DNA of 63,511 nucleotides, counting the filler, from Octopus bimaculoides (taxonomy: Eukaryota): NCBI RefSeq assembly GCF_001194135.2. It is 6 parts of 4 records of this genome, joined end to end, with 100 filler letters (N's around TTAATTAATTAA, not from the genome) between each part and the next. Parts side by side here need not be neighbours in the genome. Positions count along the whole stretch, not along the records: positions 58,226 to 62,019 come from NC_069005.1; positions 62,120 to 63,511 come from NC_069002.1; 4 more parts are not named here. One strand, given 5' to 3'. The notes under the pieces are model-generated. The model was not told the DNA's origin. It made no database searches and saw only the letters and a list, made by a program, of their open reading frames with translations. Below are positions 59,979 through 63,511 of the stretch, piece after piece. Position 1 is the first letter of the stretch. Every line of letters begins with the position of its first letter. Position numbers and translations under genes: made by a program.

Positions 59979-60186
59979 TTAACCCTTTAGCATTTTAATA
60001 GTCTACTTGTTTTCTATGTTCAAATTGGCCAGATCTGGCCTCACACCTACCCTACAATGCCATTCTAAAAATAAACAATCTCGTATCTAAATCTTGAAGC
60101 TGTGAGATAATGCAGAATTAGTCCAAAACGATGTGAATAAATAAGCATTATGTGTGACAGAGAAACCGGAATGCTAAAGGGATTAA
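59979..60186. mobile_element. piggyBac-type MITE
   Basis: TTAA + CCCTTTAGCATT (59983-59994) ... AATGCTAAAGGG (60170-60181) + A + TTAA: perfect 12-bp TIRs with CCC/GGG ends and TTAA target. An internal segment recurs at about 34755-34810. Confidence 0.8.
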
Positions 60187-61129
60187 AAAAGAGAGTTGTA
60201 AGATGAGAAATAATAAGTAGCTGCCAAATTGTGAAAAATGGTGCTGCTATTAGACATGGCTTAATTGAGTTTTAATTAACGAAATTATTTGGCTCAATGA
60301 CAATTAACAAAAAACAAAAAAAAAAAATATTTTTTTCTGCTTGGAGCAGCACCAGTGAACCAGCTATTGAAATCTGAGACACAAGCTTGACAAATGAAGG
60401 GAGAAAGAAATAAGGGTCNNNNNNNNNNNNNNNNNNNNNNNNNNNNNNNNNNNNNNNNNNNNNNNNNNNNNNNNNNNNNNNNNNNNNNNNNNNNNNNNNN
60501 NNNNNNNNNNNNNNNNNNNNNNNNNNNNNNNNNNNNNNNNNNNNNNNNNNNNNNNNNNNNNNNNNNNNNNNNNNNNNNNNNNNNNNNNNNNNNNNNNNNN
60601 NNNNNNNNNNNNNNNNNNNNNNNNNNNNNNNNNNNNNNNNNNNNNNNNNNNNNNNNNNNNNNNNNNNNNNNNNNNNNNNNNNNNNNNNNNNNNNNNNNNN
60701 NNNNNNNNNNNNNNNNNNNNNNNNNNNNNNNNNNNNNNNNNNNNNNNNNNNNNNNNNNNNNNNNNNNNNNNNNNNNNNNNNNNNNNNNNNNNNNNNNNNN
60801 NNNNNNNNNNNNNNNNNNNNNNNNNNNNNNNNNNNNNNNNNNNNNNNNNNNNNNNNNNNNNNNNNNNNNNNNNNNNNNNNNNNNNNNNNNNNNNNNNNNN
60901 NNNNNNNNNNNNNNNNNNNNNNNNNNNNNNNNNNNNNNNNNNNNNNNNNNNNNNNNNNNNNNNNNNNNNNNNNNNNNNNNNNNNNNNNNNNNNNNNNNNN
61001 NNNNNNNNNNNNNNACTGACCACAACAATCCCATTGCTAAACTGATACCCATTTCATTGACCCACCCCAAAAGGATAAAGGCAAAAATCATCAACCTCGA
61101 GCAGAATTAATTGTTTCTAACATAAGCAA

Positions 61130-62019
61130 TAAAAACCTGAAATTTGGGAAAAATGGGAAATTTTAGAGTGGAAGAGTCAAATCGACTCCTAGTACTTTAT
61201 TTAACTGACCCCTGAAGAGATGGAACAGCAAAAGTGGACTTGAGGGGATTGAACTCAAAACACAAAGAATCAGAAGAATTACCTTAAGGCATTTGTCCAA
61301 ATGCTCTTACAATTCCGCCAATTCACCATCGTCATAAGAGTAATGGTTTTAAATTTTTGGCAAAAGGCCAGCAATTTATATGGCGGAGCAGGTGAGTTGA
61401 TTACATCAACGCCAGTGTTTGACTGGGGCTTCATTTTATTTACCCTGAAAGGGTAAAAGGCTGAAGTTAGCGTTAGCAAAATTTGAATTCAGAACATACA
61501 CTTTTGAAAGAAATGCCACAAAGCATTTTGTCCAGTTTGGTAAATAATTCTGCCAGCTAACCACCTCAATGATAAGGGTTTCAAATTTTGGCACAAGGCG
61601 AACCATTTTAAGGGGTAGGAGATAAGTTTGATTACATTGATCTCCATGCTTAAACGGTATCAATTTACTGACCTCCAAAGGGACAAAAAGTCAGAGTCAA
61701 CTATATCAGCGTCTGAACTCAGAACATAAAGGAGACAAAATAAACATTTTGTCTGATGCATAAACAATTCTGCCATCTCTCTATCTTAATAATAATAACC
61801 CTTTCTACTGGAAGCACATGGCCTCAAATTTGGGGGAAGGGATTAAGTCAATTACATCGACCCCAGTGCGTAACTGCTACTTATTTGATCAACCATGAAA
61901 GGATGAAAGGCAAAGTCAACCTCAGCAGAATTTGAACTCAGAACATAAGGACGGATGAACAACCAATAAGCATTTCGCCTGGTGTGCTAACGATTCTGTC
62001 AGCTCATCGCCTTAATAAT
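61130..62019 (-). mobile_element. Array of four head-to-tail SINE A copies, CpG-decayed
   Basis: Copies at about 61130-61330, 61340-61568, 61569-61785 and 61786-62019, each with TTGAACTCA / GCATTT.GTC / TTCTGCCA-type landmarks. Confidence 0.85.
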
Positions 62020-62770
62020 NNNNNNNNNNNNNNNNNNNNNNNNNNNNNNNNNNNNNNNNNNNNTTAATTAATTAANNNNNNNNNNNNNNNNNNNNNNNNN
62101 NNNNNNNNNNNNNNNNNNNAACAAGATGGGATGGTCATCGATAGAACAGTTTTGATCATGCGTCTAATTAATGAAGTTTGAACAAGCGTTAAGAATAAAG
62201 CACTTCATGATGAATTAATGAGAAGTGACTCTTTGTGGTTGCTCGAACTGTTAGAAATAGCAGCCGAAACAATTTCGATTCTCATCCTATCAGCAGTTAC
62301 AAAACCAGTTTGGGAGCCACTGTCCAGTGAGTGGATGCTCAAATCGCTAGAAACAGTAACAAAATGTTCTTCGATTCACACGTTTCTCTTTCTGAAGAAA
62401 CACGACAGGGCCACTTTGTGGATCTTTCAATCTGGCAGAAGTAACAGCCAAGACTCTCTCCAATTATACACATTCGTCTTAAAAGATAAAAATGAAGACA
62501 ACAGATACATTTTAAGAGATACGGTGATAATAACTGGAACATCTTTGAGGACAGATTTGCTTCAAGTATTTGAACTAGGTCGACGTCGACGACGACAACA
62601 ACAACAAGAACAGCAAGTAATGTTTTATCTTTAAAATGACGGCCAAACTAATCAGCACAAATTTGCCTATATATGTCTACCATCACATGCTGTTAGCCTA
62701 TAGACAGAGAGTCTGTCTCTATAAGCGGTTTATGCCTATACAAATGACCATCGATCACTGTCTTGCTATA

Positions 62771-62830
<60 letters not shown>

Positions 62831-63104
62831 ATTTATATTTATGTGTGCATGTGTATGTATGTAGGTACATATATATGTGTGTCTGTATGTGTGTACGTAA
62901 GTGTGCGTGTGTGAGTGTCTGTGTGTGTGTAATAATATATAATACTAGTCTTACTGATGGCTCTGACATTGATAATGAAACATTCTGTCTTGCGCGCGCG
63001 CGTGNNNNNNNNNNNNNNNNNNNNNNNNNNNNNNNNNNNNNNNNNNNNNNNNNNNNNNNNNNNNNNNNNNNNNNNNNNNNNNNNNNNNNNNNNNNNNNNN
63101 NNNN

Positions 63105-63137
<33 letters not shown>

Positions 63138-63154
63138 GGCGTGCGTGTGTGTGT

Positions 63155-63322
63155 TTGCGTTTCTATAACCACAATTTTATTTGGCTATGGAGTAAGAAAT
63201 TTGCTTCCGAACCACATTTCCAATCCCAGTGCGTGATACCTTGGGCAAGTGACTCTAACTGTAGTCTTGTTTTAACCTTGTCAGTGGATATCATAGATGA
63301 AAACTGAACATCAACTGTCGCA

Positions 63323-63405
<83 letters not shown>

Positions 63406-63511
63406 GTATCTATCTATTTGTCTGTCTATGTATGTATGTATGTATGTATGTCTTCGCCACCAGCACTCGGCAACCAGTGTTTATTTACGCGTAAGAGACC
63501 GATAGAATTAG
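63155..63511 (+). mobile_element. SINE family B with internal (TCTA)n/(TCTG)n/(TATG)n, running off the window end
   Basis: GGAGTAAGAAATTTGCTTCCGAACCACAT..GATACCTTGGGCAAGTG.. then microsatellite, then GAGACCGATAGAAT. Confidence 0.75.

Noticed and set aside
62218-62634. 138-aa ORF without Ns
   Set aside because: Overlaps decayed repeat family D (GTTAGAAATAGCAGCC, (CAA)n tail); no recognisable domain.

Overview
Eukaryotic, AT-rich, repeat-saturated genomic DNA from a gapped short-read assembly. The SINE/LINE repertoire, microsatellite load and repeat families suggest a cephalopod, probably Octopus (inference, not verified). I recognise no intact protein-coding gene, rRNA, tRNA gene or CRISPR array; nearly all long ORFs in the track are artefacts of N-gaps and simple repeats. 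Supported content: several tRNA-derived SINE families in dozens of copies; decayed RTE, R4/Dong, CR1-like and L1/Tx1-like LINEs; a Ty3/gypsy pol remnant; mariner, Chapaev3-like and Merlin transposase remnants; and hAT, piggyBac and Helentron-type non-autonomous elements. The clearest large-scale signal is two sharply bounded CpG-decay domains (about 30.7-47.3 kb and 58.2-62.0 kb), where SINE copies have lost most of their CpGs to TpG/CpA. This fits long-term germline gene-body methylation. The first domain holds weak, frame-compatible candidate + strand exons of an unidentified gene, a 4-nt microexon or recursive-splice-like site, and a 71-nt pre-miRNA-like hairpin. These are the best leads for undescribed biology, but they need RNA data.
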